Shown: in pieces, positions 8,961-18,399 of the stretch
Position numbering within the stretch: the first letter of the stretch is position 1
Layout of the letters: every line of letters begins with the position of its first letter
NCBI GenBank assembly: GCA_035627655.1
Contig: DASPLI010000001.1
Coordinates: 24,265-88,264 of the forward strand
Length of the DNA stretch: 64,000 nt
Direction: 5' to 3'
Origin: Minisyncoccota bacterium
GTDB taxonomy: Bacteria > Patescibacteriota > Minisyncoccia > Phycocordibacterales > Phycocordibacteraceae
Program-made: the position numbers and the translations under genes
Notes under the pieces: model-generated
What the model was told of the DNA's origin: nothing
The model's database searches: none
The model's input: the letters and a program-made list of their open reading frames with translations, nothing else

Positions 8961-9359
8961 TTATTCTACTGTGTCTCCCTTCTCCGAACCTCGAATAACC
9001 TCTTTGAGCTTCTCCACCTCCTCAGTCAGTGGCTTGCGCGGATCAGACTCACCATCTGCCCGACGATCGCGCAGATAGCGAACCACACGCGTCAGGAACC
9101 GTTCGATAAAGCGCACGACGATGAGCACAATGTGCGCAAGCTCATGCACGATATGATCAATAGCTACCTGAATCGCATGGAAGACCAGCTTTCCGAAGTC
9201 TACCGTTCGGACGATTTCTGCGACATGCGAGACGCGTGCATCGAGCCTCTCACGCGCAGCAGAAAAGAAGCGATGTCCGCGCTTTGCCTCAAATGCAGTG
9301 AGTGCAAGAAACCCGGCGAGGAGGAATGCGACGGCGATGAATGCTATCGCGAGCGCCAT
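8961..9359 (-). CDS. Hypothetical membrane protein downstream of tsf
   Basis: N-terminal hydrophobic helix; 3 nt after the tsf stop. Confidence 0.65.
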   Translation of the reverse strand: MALAIAFIAVAFLLAGFLALTAFEAKRGHRFFSAARERLDARVSHVAEIVRTVDFGKLVFHAIQVAIDHIVHELAHIVLIVVRFIERFLTRVVRYLRDRRADGESDPRKPLTEEVEKLKEVIRGSEKGDTVE

Positions 9360-9362
9360 GGG

Positions 9363-9944
9363 TTAGCGGACGGAGATGCGGACGAAGCGTGTTACTTCGA
9401 CGCGCTCTCCAAACTTCTGAGAAGCTTCGGCAATAAGGTCACGGATGGTCTTTGACTCATCCTTGATAAAGACCTGATTCATGAGCACCTGATCGCTGAA
9501 GTAGCTGTTGAGCTTTCCTTCGAGAATCTTTGCCTTCATATCTTCCGGCTTTCCTTCGACCTCCTTCTCAAACACTTCGCGCGCCTTCGCTACAACATCT
9601 TCAGGAATGTTCTCGATGCGGTTGTAGGTGGGGTTGGTTGCTGCAACCTGCATAGCAATTTCCCGTGCAAGTGCTGGGAACTCTGGATTACGAGCTACGA
9701 AGTCCGTCTCGCAGGAAAGCACGACCATCGCGCCGATCGCGCCGTCATGGACGTAGGAACCGATAGCACCCGCACCAAGGTCGCGATCTGCCTTTTTCTC
9801 AGCAACTGCGCCGCTCTTCTTTCGGAGAATTACTTCCGCTTTCTCGATGTCTCCGCCAGCCTCTTCAAGAGCCTTGCGGCACTGCATAACAGATACCCCA
9901 GTCTTGTCGCGAAGTGCTTTGACAATATCGGTCGAAATCTCCAT
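9363..9944 (-). CDS. tsf: Elongation factor Ts (short form)
   Basis: LRDKTGVSVMQCRKAL, CETDFVA, AMQVAA; follows rpsB. Confidence 0.95.
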   Translation of the reverse strand: MEISTDIVKALRDKTGVSVMQCRKALEEAGGDIEKAEVILRKKSGAVAEKKADRDLGAGAIGSYVHDGAIGAMVVLSCETDFVARNPEFPALAREIAMQVAATNPTYNRIENIPEDVVAKAREVFEKEVEGKPEDMKAKILEGKLNSYFSDQVLMNQVFIKDESKTIRDLIAEASQKFGERVEVTRFVRISVR

Positions 9945-9983
9945 GAAATAATGAGCTAAAGTGAATAACGGAGCACGAAGGCG

Positions 9984-10685
9984 TTATGCCTTACGTCCCT
10001 TCTCGTACGAAGCGGCAAGCTCATCAAGTGCAAGCTTTACTGCATCGCGTGACGCGTCGTTCATGACGATCGGATAGGCCGCGTCCTTAAGATCGCAGTC
10101 CGAGCTCATGATGCCGATCACTGGAATACCTGCGCGCTTTGCTTCGCGTGTTGCGTGCGCTTCGCGCTTAGTGTCGACAATAACGAACGCATCCGGACGC
10201 TTCTGAAGCTCGGTAATGCCATCAAGGCGCTCTGAGAGGCGCTCGATTTCGCGGTCAGCGAAGACGCGCTCAAGCTTGGTGTAGATCTTTGCAAGCTCGC
10301 CAGAATCGCGCTTGCCCACGAGGTCAGCAAGGCGATCAATGCGCTTCTTGATTTCCATGAAGTTGGAGACCGTACCGCCGAGCCAGCGGCCAGCAACGTA
10401 CGGAGCACCAATGCGCTTTGCCGTAGTCTTTACGATATCGGAAACCTCGCGCTTACCGCCCACAAAGAGAACGGTCTTACCGTCGCGAGCGAGGGTCTCA
10501 ATTGCCTTCTTAGCAGCAGCAAGCTGAGCATCCGTCTTTACCAAATCGAAAATCTCAACCTTTGCCTTTGCCCCTACAACGAAGGGCTTCATGGATGGGT
10601 GGCGGCGGCTCTTTACCTGGGCAAAATGAGCGCCCGCCCCAAACAGGCGGTCAACACCAACCCCAACCGTAGTATCGGTAGTCAT
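9984..10685 (-). CDS. rpsB: 30S ribosomal protein S2
   Basis: AGAHF, HPSMKPF, RWLGGTVSNF, REAKRAGIPVI, NDAS. Start ATG 10685 is 6 nt after TATACT. Confidence 0.95.
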   Translation of the reverse strand: MTTDTTVGVGVDRLFGAGAHFAQVKSRRHPSMKPFVVGAKAKVEIFDLVKTDAQLAAAKKAIETLARDGKTVLFVGGKREVSDIVKTTAKRIGAPYVAGRWLGGTVSNFMEIKKRIDRLADLVGKRDSGELAKIYTKLERVFADREIERLSERLDGITELQKRPDAFVIVDTKREAHATREAKRAGIPVIGIMSSDCDLKDAAYPIVMNDASRDAVKLALDELAASYEKGRKA

Positions 10686-10722
10686 GGCGCGAGTATAGGC
10701 TAAAACCCCCTTCCCTGCAACC

Positions 10723-11673
10723 TTATTCCTCCTCGGCCGGCCCAATGCCCCCGCCCGCGGCCCGCTCCTTGAGGGTGGCCACAATATCGTCGAGGCCTCC
10801 GGCCATAATCTTGGGCAGGTTATGCCAGGACTCCTTGATCCGGTGGTCAGTCACACGGTCCTGGAGGTAGTTGTACGTTCGAATCTTCTCGGAGCGGTCG
10901 CCCGTACCGATCTGTCCCTTGCGCTCGGCCGCGTTTTTCTTTGCTTCTTCTTCCTCATGCAAATTCTCGAGCTTTGCAGACAAAATCTGCATGGCCTTCT
11001 CCCGGTTTGCCTTCTGACTCCGCTCTGACGAGGAACGGACATCAATCCCGGTTGGCTTGTGTATAAGACGAACTGCCGTCTCGACCTTGTTCACGTTCTG
11101 GCCGCCCGCTCCCCCGCTTCGCGAAAATTCCATCTCAAGATCGGCTGGATTGAGCTCAAACTTCGGTTTGGTACGGATCGGGAGCGCCGCGACGGAAGCG
11201 GTTGACGTGTGGATGCGGCCAGACTTCTCCGTTGCCGGTACTCGCTGCACGCGATGCACTCCGGTTTCATATCGAAGCGCGTCGTACGCGTCCTCCCCTC
11301 CAATTTCGACGGTCATATCGTCGATAGACCGCATTTGCCATCCCATGGCTTCCGCATACTTTTCGTACATTTGCTTGAGTTCTCCCGCAAAGAGCGCAGC
11401 TTCGTCCCCGCCGGCTGCTGCGCGAAATTCAAGAACGATCGCCTTCGGCTTTGCCTCCTCTTCCTGCTCTTTCTTCAAGATTCGCTCGATCTCCGCGAGA
11501 ATGTCGCGCTGTCGCGATGTGATGCGTGTTTCGTCCTCCTCGGCAAGAGCACGCAGCTCCGGATCTGCGCCGGCAGCTTCGCGCGCCTCGGTTTTTTCAT
11601 TTTCAAGACGTTCGTATTCCTCCGCAAGATATGCGGTCGCAAAATTCTTCTTGAACTCAGGGGAATACTCCAT
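10723..11673 (-). CDS. prfA: Peptide chain release factor 1 (N-terminally shortened)
   Basis: [18 protein letters not shown] (PxT motif), [19 protein letters not shown]. Confidence 0.93.
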   Translation of the reverse strand: MEYSPEFKKNFATAYLAEEYERLENEKTEAREAAGADPELRALAEEDETRITSRQRDILAEIERILKKEQEEEAKPKAIVLEFRAAAGGDEAALFAGELKQMYEKYAEAMGWQMRSIDDMTVEIGGEDAYDALRYETGVHRVQRVPATEKSGRIHTSTASVAALPIRTKPKFELNPADLEMEFSRSGGAGGQNVNKVETAVRLIHKPTGIDVRSSSERSQKANREKAMQILSAKLENLHEEEEAKKNAAERKGQIGTGDRSEKIRTYNYLQDRVTDHRIKESWHNLPKIMAGGLDDIVATLKERAAGGGIGPAEEE

Positions 11674-11691
11674 TGTCATAGATGATAGCGC

Positions 11692-11719
11692 ACACGCCCC
11701 GCACGGGTGCGGGGCGTGT
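11692..11719 (-). terminator. GC-rich hairpin after rpmE
   Basis: acacgccccgcac-gg-gtgcggggcgtgt. Confidence 0.6.
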
Positions 11720-11730
11720 ATGCAGATACG

Positions 11731-11979
11731 TTACTTACGCTTTGCGGCGCGCTGCTTGAACTTCTCGACGCGACCAGTCTTATCAAGCGTGCGATCCTCA
11801 CCGGTGTAAAACGGGTGAGATTTCGAGGAAATTTCGACGGTCACCTTTGGGTACTCCTTGCCGTCAACGGTCGTGGTCTCCGTGGTCTCAATGGTCGAGC
11901 CAATGAGGAACGTCTCGCCTGAGGCGAGGTCGACGAAGGCAACCGTGCGGTAGTTTTCCGGATGGGTATCTACTTTCAT
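11731..11979 (-). CDS. rpmE: 50S ribosomal protein L31, zinc-free type B
   Basis: THPENYR, EISSKSHPFYTG, GRVEKF; no Cys. Confidence 0.93.
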   Translation of the reverse strand: MKVDTHPENYRTVAFVDLASGETFLIGSTIETTETTTVDGKEYPKVTVEISSKSHPFYTGEDRTLDKTGRVEKFKQRAAKRK

Positions 11980-11999
11980 GACCCAGGCACTCTAGCAGA

Positions 12000-12030
12000 A
12001 ACCGCCCCGTCCTACAAGGACGAGGCGGTT
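12000..12030 (-). terminator. Intrinsic terminator after the 705-aa surface protein gene
   Basis: aaccgccccgtcct-aca-aggacgaggcggtt, with a T tract on the minus strand. Confidence 0.65.
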
Positions 12031-12046
12031 CCCTAGACTGCCCTCC

Positions 12047-14164
12047 CTAGAACTCCTGGAAGCGGCCTGTGAGGTTCAACAGGGCGCTTTGGGTGGTTCC
12101 CGAGCAGCTGGTGGTAAAGGTGGTCTGCTTGGTCACGTTCTCGATAAGAGCGCTTCCGGACGGCGTGCTTGCCGAGAAGCCGTTTGATCCCGTGATGGTG
12201 CAGGAGCAGCCTTCAGACGCAGCCCACGTGACGGTTGCCGAGCCGCCCGGCGCGACACGTTCAGGCGAGACGGAGATGGTCACTGAGCTTGGAGAACATA
12301 CTTCTGCCACGTTTACCGCGCTGAAGTCGCAGGAGAGTCTGCCGTTTCCGCTGGCATCAAGGTGCATCTGGTAGTACCCGGCTGAGGCAAAGGTACACTC
12401 GCGCGTATTGCCGGTGCCCGTACAGGTCTGTCCGCCCTGTGGAGTCCAGTCGTACGTGTAGGAACCTGATCCGCCAGACACAGTTGCAGTATAGGTAGCC
12501 GTACCGCCAACCGTAACGTTTGCAGGATCTACCGAACAGCTGAGGGTCGGTGCACTGCCTTCGTTGGTATTCGGGTTTTCTGGATCCGTTGCACAGCCTG
12601 GATCCGCTTCATCCGTAAGCCCGTCGTCGTCGTTGTCGAGATCATCCGTACACTGCGGCACAACAGCGTCGCTTTCGGTCGTATCCTCTGGACCGGTACA
12701 GCCGGGATCGTTGAGGTCAATCAACTGATCGCCGTCGTTATCGAGAGTGTCGCTACACTCTGTCGTTGCCAACTCGCCAGTCACTGTGACTGTAACGCTT
12801 GATACGGTGGAGCCGTTCGCATTTGTACCCTTATAGGTATAGGTCGTCGTGGTGCTTGGAGTGACAACTTTTGTTCCTCCATACGGACGAGGCGCTGTCG
12901 ACTCTGGAACCCACACAGACTCCTCGTCATAGCAGGTACTCAGGGCGAGCAGACCCGTTTTTACCGATGCTTGATTGTAGTAGACGTTCCCGTCGTCAAT
13001 GTCGCCTCCAGTATCGGAACAGCGGAAGTTCACCTGCGTTCCCCAATGTCCCGGAATGGTCGTCGTGAGATCGAAGTTTGTAGAAGTGAACGTCCCCTTA
13101 CGAATTTGACCATACTGCGACTTCCAGGTAAGCGTGACCGGGGTACCCGCTGCTACCGTGATGTTGGTTCCCGTCGTTCCGTTTGCTGTTGCGGTTAGTG
13201 AGGTGTCAGGAGCAGCCAGCGTCTTACAGGTCAGGTAGTTATAGCGCTTATTACCGAAGCTATTGGCTGAACGGACATACCACTTTTTCAGCGATGGATC
13301 CCAAGCGCCCATACTATCGTTATCCGGGTTACTGAAGCCGCCCAGACTCCACTCCGTGATATATGCCGTCGGGTCATAGAGATAGCAGATGCGCGTTCCT
13401 GTCGGAGAAACGGTGGTAACAGGATACTGCGGATAGCCGTGTGCGGCCGTGTACTCGCCTCGATATCCACCGTTATCCAGCTGATCTTTGTATACCTTGT
13501 TCAAGAAGTCGCGCTTGCTCTGCGTCTTATAGACAATAACGCCTGGCGGCGGGGCCGGGGGCGGGACGTAGCCAGATTCCGTCGCGTCAATTGCAGACGT
13601 GCAGCCGCCGTCGCTCGGGTAATCTTTCACGCCATTTCCGTCGTTATCAATATTGTCCTTACACTGCGGCGTGTAGCCGGATTCAGTAGTGTCCGAAGAA
13701 GAACTGCAGCCCTGGTCGTTTGGATAGTCAGTTACTCCGTTACCATCATTGTCTGTACCGTCGTTACACTGCGGCGGCGGCGTGTATCCCGATTCGCTCG
13801 TGTCCGCTGCTGAGGTGCAGCCAAGGTCTGACGGGTAGTCCGTCACCCCGTTCCCGTCGTTATCAACGCCGTCCGTACATGCCGTTGCAGCGGTATACCC
13901 TGATTCACTGATATCGGAAGAGCTCGAACAGCCCGGATCATTCAAGTAGTCAGTCAACCCGTTGCCGTCGTTATCAACGCCGTCAGAACACTGATAGTCT
14001 ATGCCGCCTCCGCCGCCTCCGCCGCCTCCGCCTTCAAGACTTGCCCGATTGTTGACTGCTGCATCTGTTCCCGCCGGCATGAATCCAATGCAGAGCAGAA
14101 ACAGCACCGCGAGAGCACTTGCTTTCGCGAGCGTTGAGAAATCTGATTGTGTGTGTGAGTTCAT
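12047..14164 (-). CDS. Secreted/surface protein with Cys-Asp (CxDGxDNDGNGxxD) repeats and Ig-like modules
   Basis: Signal peptide, poly-Gly, four tandem and two further CxDxxDND(G)xxxxD repeats, PKD/Ig-like Thr-rich segments. Confidence 0.8.
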   Translation of the reverse strand: MNSHTQSDFSTLAKASALAVLFLLCIGFMPAGTDAAVNNRASLEGGGGGGGGGGIDYQCSDGVDNDGNGLTDYLNDPGCSSSSDISESGYTAATACTDGVDNDGNGVTDYPSDLGCTSAADTSESGYTPPPQCNDGTDNDGNGVTDYPNDQGCSSSSDTTESGYTPQCKDNIDNDGNGVKDYPSDGGCTSAIDATESGYVPPPAPPPGVIVYKTQSKRDFLNKVYKDQLDNGGYRGEYTAAHGYPQYPVTTVSPTGTRICYLYDPTAYITEWSLGGFSNPDNDSMGAWDPSLKKWYVRSANSFGNKRYNYLTCKTLAAPDTSLTATANGTTGTNITVAAGTPVTLTWKSQYGQIRKGTFTSTNFDLTTTIPGHWGTQVNFRCSDTGGDIDDGNVYYNQASVKTGLLALSTCYDEESVWVPESTAPRPYGGTKVVTPSTTTTYTYKGTNANGSTVSSVTVTVTGELATTECSDTLDNDGDQLIDLNDPGCTGPEDTTESDAVVPQCTDDLDNDDDGLTDEADPGCATDPENPNTNEGSAPTLSCSVDPANVTVGGTATYTATVSGGSGSYTYDWTPQGGQTCTGTGNTRECTFASAGYYQMHLDASGNGRLSCDFSAVNVAEVCSPSSVTISVSPERVAPGGSATVTWAASEGCSCTITGSNGFSASTPSGSALIENVTKQTTFTTSCSGTTQSALLNLTGRFQEF
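13567..13992 (-). repeat. Four tandem ~35-37-aa Cys/Asp repeats
   Basis: CSDGVDNDGNGLTDYLNDPGCSSSSDISESGY, CTDGVDNDGNGVTDYPSDLGC.., CNDGTDNDGNGVTDYPNDQGC.., CKDNIDNDGNGVKDYPSDGGC.. Confidence 0.85.
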
Positions 14165-14174
14165 GATGCAGCGA

Positions 14175-15167
14175 TTACTGGGTAAGCGGCAGAATGGCTA
14201 CCGGTGTTGCGATCTGTAGTTTTTCGGTTGGCACCTTAAAGACCTGCGCAGCATCTTCTGCGGTATGGAAGAGTATGCGGCGGTCATCAAGAAACGCTGT
14301 TCCGAGCACTGGGCGCATTTCAAGGAAACCGAGTGGCGCGAATGACTCATTAATGGTGAAGAAATCCATGCGCATTCCGTCTCCGCTTACAAGTGCCGCG
14401 GTCTTTCCCGATGGAGAAAGAGCGCTCAGATTTGCGTCCGCACCAGCTGCAGGCAGTAGCACGGAGCGAGTACCGGTCTTTGCATTGATGCGCACAACGC
14501 CTTCTGGCGCGAGCGCGATGATTGAGCCGTCTTCTACAAGCCGCGGGCTTCGTCCTTGTCCAAAGAGCGTGATTGTCCCGGTTGTTACATCAACCGCAAT
14601 GAGTTTTGATGCTGCAGTAGCCGGAACCTGCGACTCGTCGAGATATACCGGGATTTCCGTACTTCCAGTCTCTTCGAGAGATTCATCTGTCTCTCCCTCA
14701 CTCTGTGTATAAAGACCCGTCGCCAGCGATGACGGAACTGCAGGTGTCGCGCCAAAGATTGCCAAACCATCGGGCGTCACTATGAGCCCCGCTTTGTCCG
14801 TATCCCCCGCCACCAAGGGTGCGAAGGTGCCGTCCGCCTGGATAACGCCGGCGGTAAGCCCGTCCGTGTCAGGGACTCCCGCAAGCACAATCTTTTCTGC
14901 AGGATTTGTTGGAGAATCTACCTGCTCGTAAATAGCGATACCATCCGCGCGCGGCTCTCCTGCCATGCGCACCAAGACATTGTCTTCAGGCGTGTATCGT
15001 CTGCTGACGCCGTCTTCATAGAATGCGATAACGTCTCCTTCCTTCGGCAGATCCTGAGAGACGATACCGAAGATAAGAGCTTTATAAATAAAGTATGCGG
15101 CGACAAGGAGGACGATGACAGCGATCGTTACAACCACGTACCGAGGCGGCTTATTTGGCATATTCAT
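14175..15167 (-). CDS. Membrane-anchored hypothetical protein, possibly a TolB-like beta-propeller
   Basis: N-terminal TM; TPDG, SPRLVEDGS and LSPSGK blade-like motifs; 10 nt upstream of the 705-aa gene. Confidence 0.6.
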   Translation of the reverse strand: MNMPNKPPRYVVVTIAVIVLLVAAYFIYKALIFGIVSQDLPKEGDVIAFYEDGVSRRYTPEDNVLVRMAGEPRADGIAIYEQVDSPTNPAEKIVLAGVPDTDGLTAGVIQADGTFAPLVAGDTDKAGLIVTPDGLAIFGATPAVPSSLATGLYTQSEGETDESLEETGSTEIPVYLDESQVPATAASKLIAVDVTTGTITLFGQGRSPRLVEDGSIIALAPEGVVRINAKTGTRSVLLPAAGADANLSALSPSGKTAALVSGDGMRMDFFTINESFAPLGFLEMRPVLGTAFLDDRRILFHTAEDAAQVFKVPTEKLQIATPVAILPLTQ

Positions 15168-15248
15168 ATACCCTCCATTCTAGTACATACCAACTCCTGA
15201 AAACCGAGCCCTGTACCCGGCTTGGGTACAACAGCTATACTGAGAAAA

Positions 15249-16373
15249 ATGGCAAGGAAAACGGCTATCCTTTGCGGACTTCTATGCATTGTGCTCTTTA
15301 CTGGGATCTTCCAACGTTCTGGAGATCCCTGCGCTCCAGTACCACTCCAAGAAGCTGAGCGCGGCTCCCACGGCTACCGTTTATGGCCTGGAAGTAATCT
15401 GCAGAGTTTTGAACACCGCGGAGAACGCATCTGCATTCCCGATGGCTGGGAAGCTATTGGCGCGCAACATGCCGCCGCCTCGTGGGCACAGTTCCCGGAA
15501 GGAACGACGGGGGTCCTTATTCGAACAGAGTATTTCCAAACAACAGAACTTAGATTTGAGAACAGTTCGTATCGTATCGCGCTCCGCTACCCTGCCGACC
15601 TATCCGAACAAGAGCTTCAAGAATACGAACGCATTGTAAAAAACGCCTTCGAGCGTGTGGGAGCACTGTATCCAGATGCGCGACCTGCCCACCATACCGT
15701 CGTCATAACCGCAGGACTCGGACTTTCCAATATTGAACACGACAGTATTTATCCAGATCCCGGACCAGCTGTCTCCTATCTTGTGCTGCAGCCCTCTCAA
15801 TCTCGAAGCGAAGAGTTATTTATTCATGCGGTCGCGCATCTCCATAACCGCCATAGGCCGGACCTCACTGCGTACACGATGCATCAGGAGCCATTCTCAA
15901 GCGGCGATTTCCAAGAGCTTGAAGCATCATGGATCGAAACTGCATTCGAAGAATCAGACGAGCTGCGCTCAGCGCGGTTTGCGTATCTGATGAATATACA
16001 CGCGGCCGTCATGGAGAGAGACTTTTCCCGCATCGAAGAACCGCCGTTTGAAAACCACAACGGCTTCTTAGCGATTCGACCAAGCGCGATAAGTAACGAG
16101 TCATGGACCTATCTCGACGACCAATACGGGTACTATGTGCTTGCGCCACTTACGCTAACCGCAATCGATACCCTGCTCGTGCCACACAACACGAGCGTTG
16201 CTGAGCTTCTAACAGAAATTCATGAGACCCGCGGAAATTTCCTCACACGTTTGCAAAATATTCTTTCAGCAGATGATGTGGAACGCGTTACGCGCTGGCT
16301 CCACGGCGAAGAACGTATTCCTGAACATCTGATTCAGGAGGCGGTAGAGCGATACTCGTCTCGGCAGAATTAG
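15249..16373 (+). CDS. Exported hypothetical protein with a gluzincin-like HAxxH...E motif
   Basis: Signal/TM; FIHAVAHLHN...FQELEASW. Start is 7 nt after TATACT. Confidence 0.55.
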   Translation: MARKTAILCGLLCIVLFTGIFQRSGDPCAPVPLQEAERGSHGYRLWPGSNLQSFEHRGERICIPDGWEAIGAQHAAASWAQFPEGTTGVLIRTEYFQTTELRFENSSYRIALRYPADLSEQELQEYERIVKNAFERVGALYPDARPAHHTVVITAGLGLSNIEHDSIYPDPGPAVSYLVLQPSQSRSEELFIHAVAHLHNRHRPDLTAYTMHQEPFSSGDFQELEASWIETAFEESDELRSARFAYLMNIHAAVMERDFSRIEEPPFENHNGFLAIRPSAISNESWTYLDDQYGYYVLAPLTLTAIDTLLVPHNTSVAELLTEIHETRGNFLTRLQNILSADDVERVTRWLHGEERIPEHLIQEAVERYSSRQN

Positions 16374-17728
16374 TTATCTTTCAGGAAGTCGATGTCCTGT
16401 TGGAACTTCGTGGCTTTCGCCATCACCTGATCGCCGTAGTTTGTTACCCAACCGCTTGCCGGACAGGCGCGCCCAGAGAAATATGCGCAGGCTGCGTTTC
16501 GCTCAGCAGTGTAACCGCCAGAAGCTGCGCTCCAGTCACCAAGGTAGAGACCGGTTGCCATCATGGCATGCTCTGCGTTCCAAGGATTTGTCGCCGAAAC
16601 ACCAAGCGCAGTCTTGATTCGGTTTTCAAAGAGCGCCCACGTCGACGGAATGAACTGGGTCGGACCCATAGCACCTCCCCAACCGCTTGCCTGCGGACAG
16701 GATACTGGCGTTGTTTTCCAATCCTTCCCAAGCGCTTCAGTTATACGCAAAAATACCGGAACGTCGCGCGTTGGGTGCATAACGCCAGGAAATGCCGTGC
16801 CAGTGTTTTTTCCAATGCCATCTCCTTGGTTTGGGCTGTTGGTCACATAACAGTTGCCGATATTTTTTCCGAGATCAGACTCTTGTGAAAGCACTGCGAG
16901 AATGAGTGCCGCTCGCACCCCAGTCTTTGCGGATGCTGCTTGCGCGTAGCGAAGCGCATCGCCGAATTGAATATTCTCAGTATCACGAAGCGGGAAAAGG
17001 CGTGCGCGAATTGCGGCGGCCTGTGCCTGGCGTTCGGCAAGTACTTGGCTGTAAGCGGCCTCTTCAGAAGCTGCGATCGCCAGCAGCTTGTCTTTCTCTG
17101 CCTTGCTGACGCCAATCTCCTGCTTCTTCGTTTCAACGACGTATTTGGCGTCCTGCTCAGCAGCCTCTCGCTCAGCAAGCGCCTTACGTTCAGCCTCAGT
17201 TTCTTCGCGCACTTGGCGAATCTCCTGGAACTCGTCGTGAAGGCCAGCTTGCACCGTCACAATGTTGTCGACATCCTCAAACAGTGCAAACGCGTTGTCT
17301 GCAGCAAATGCAATCTCCACCAAGGAAAGGTCGTCAATCTGGTCTTGCTGTCGAAGGAAGGAAGCGAGCGATGCGTGGCCGTCCTCGATTCTGGTCGATA
17401 ACTCGTTGATCCGCGCCGTCTTGGTTTGTATTTCTTTGGAGATGCGGGAGATGGCGAGATTCTTTTGGCGAATCTGCGCCTCTGCCTGCTTAATCTGCGC
17501 ATCAAGCAATGTCACGTCGCCAGAAAGCGTATTCTTCTTTGCGCGTGTCGCATCAAGTACCTGCTGCCACTGAGCGATCTCCTCCTGGAGCTTGTCGTAC
17601 TCCTGTTCAAGCTGCGCTCGTTCGCTCTCCGAGAGCTCCTGTGCAGTCGTGTGCTGTACGAAGAAGCCACCCACTACTGTAAGCGAGACAAGAAGCATCG
17701 CGCACGCAAGAACAGTTCGCAGCCCCAT
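16370..17728 (-). CDS. Secreted coiled-coil lytic murein transglycosylase (SLT/MltB-like C-terminus)
   Basis: Signal peptide, long coiled coil, then LSQES, GAMGPTQFIPSTW, NPWN and ACAY motifs. Confidence 0.85.
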   Translation of the reverse strand: MGLRTVLACAMLLVSLTVVGGFFVQHTTAQELSESERAQLEQEYDKLQEEIAQWQQVLDATRAKKNTLSGDVTLLDAQIKQAEAQIRQKNLAISRISKEIQTKTARINELSTRIEDGHASLASFLRQQDQIDDLSLVEIAFAADNAFALFEDVDNIVTVQAGLHDEFQEIRQVREETEAERKALAEREAAEQDAKYVVETKKQEIGVSKAEKDKLLAIAASEEAAYSQVLAERQAQAAAIRARLFPLRDTENIQFGDALRYAQAASAKTGVRAALILAVLSQESDLGKNIGNCYVTNSPNQGDGIGKNTGTAFPGVMHPTRDVPVFLRITEALGKDWKTTPVSCPQASGWGGAMGPTQFIPSTWALFENRIKTALGVSATNPWNAEHAMMATGLYLGDWSAASGGYTAERNAACAYFSGRACPASGWVTNYGDQVMAKATKFQQDIDFLKDN

Positions 17729-17775
17729 ATTTCCCATAGTATAGCAGAATCAGAAATCGCCGATTTGTGACAGAA

Positions 17776-17804
17776 ACGGGCCGTCGCGTGATGCGACGGC
17801 CCGT
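17776..17804 (-). terminator. Hairpin terminator
   Basis: acgggccgtcgcg-tga-tgcgacggcccgt. Confidence 0.65.
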
Positions 17805-17807
17805 GCG

Positions 17808-18341
17808 TTAGATCATTTCATCCCGTTTTATCTTATCCAGAAGCGGTTCCCGAGTTAGCTTGAGCGTAAATCGGCCTGGGAGCTTTAGATCATGCGTCGT
17901 GTGGTGCGGACGGTGCGTTTCTTCAAACACCGCGCCACATTCATGAAGCGCATGGACCAAATCTTCATACGAGCCGGACACCGGATAGATTTCGACATGA
18001 TCGAAACCGCTCTTTTGCGACTGGTCAGGCTTCTGGTCAGACAGTTCAAGCGTTCGAATCGAACCGAAGCTTGTGTCGAATTGCAACGTGCGGAATTTCA
18101 GAATCGCGATGCGGCGCTTCCCGATGTACGACTGATACACGAAGTGTGCCTCAGGCTCAAGAAGTGCGCGCATGCGCTCGTATTCCTCGCTCGAAGCGCA
18201 CTTGAAGCACAGGTGATCTGCGACTCCGAGTGGGCCGACCGCGTGCCTGACAGCAAACTCGTTCACTGCCTGCATGAGGGGATGGGATTGTTGATAGAAC
18301 GATGCAATATCCACGAGACACCTCTCTAGTTCCTCAACCAT
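17808..18341 (-). CDS. YecM-like VOC-family protein
   Basis: ADHLCFKC, IGKRRIAI, LELSDQK, GFDHVEI. Confidence 0.75.
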   Translation of the reverse strand: MVEELERCLVDIASFYQQSHPLMQAVNEFAVRHAVGPLGVADHLCFKCASSEEYERMRALLEPEAHFVYQSYIGKRRIAILKFRTLQFDTSFGSIRTLELSDQKPDQSQKSGFDHVEIYPVSGSYEDLVHALHECGAVFEETHRPHHTTHDLKLPGRFTLKLTREPLLDKIKRDEMI

Positions 18342-18357
18342 TGTACAGGTACAAGAA

Positions 18358-18375
18358 AACCCGCCGAAGCGGGTT
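18358..18375 (-). terminator. Intrinsic terminator after rplY
   Basis: aacccgc-cgaa-gcgggtt (UUCG loop on the minus strand) plus T tract. Confidence 0.7.
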
Positions 18376-18399
18376 GTCTCTTTCGAAAATAGTGGCTTA

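Noticed and set aside
13567-13992. Regularly spaced DNA repeats resembling a CRISPR array
   Set aside because: They are degenerate in-frame protein repeats; no cas genes or unique spacers.
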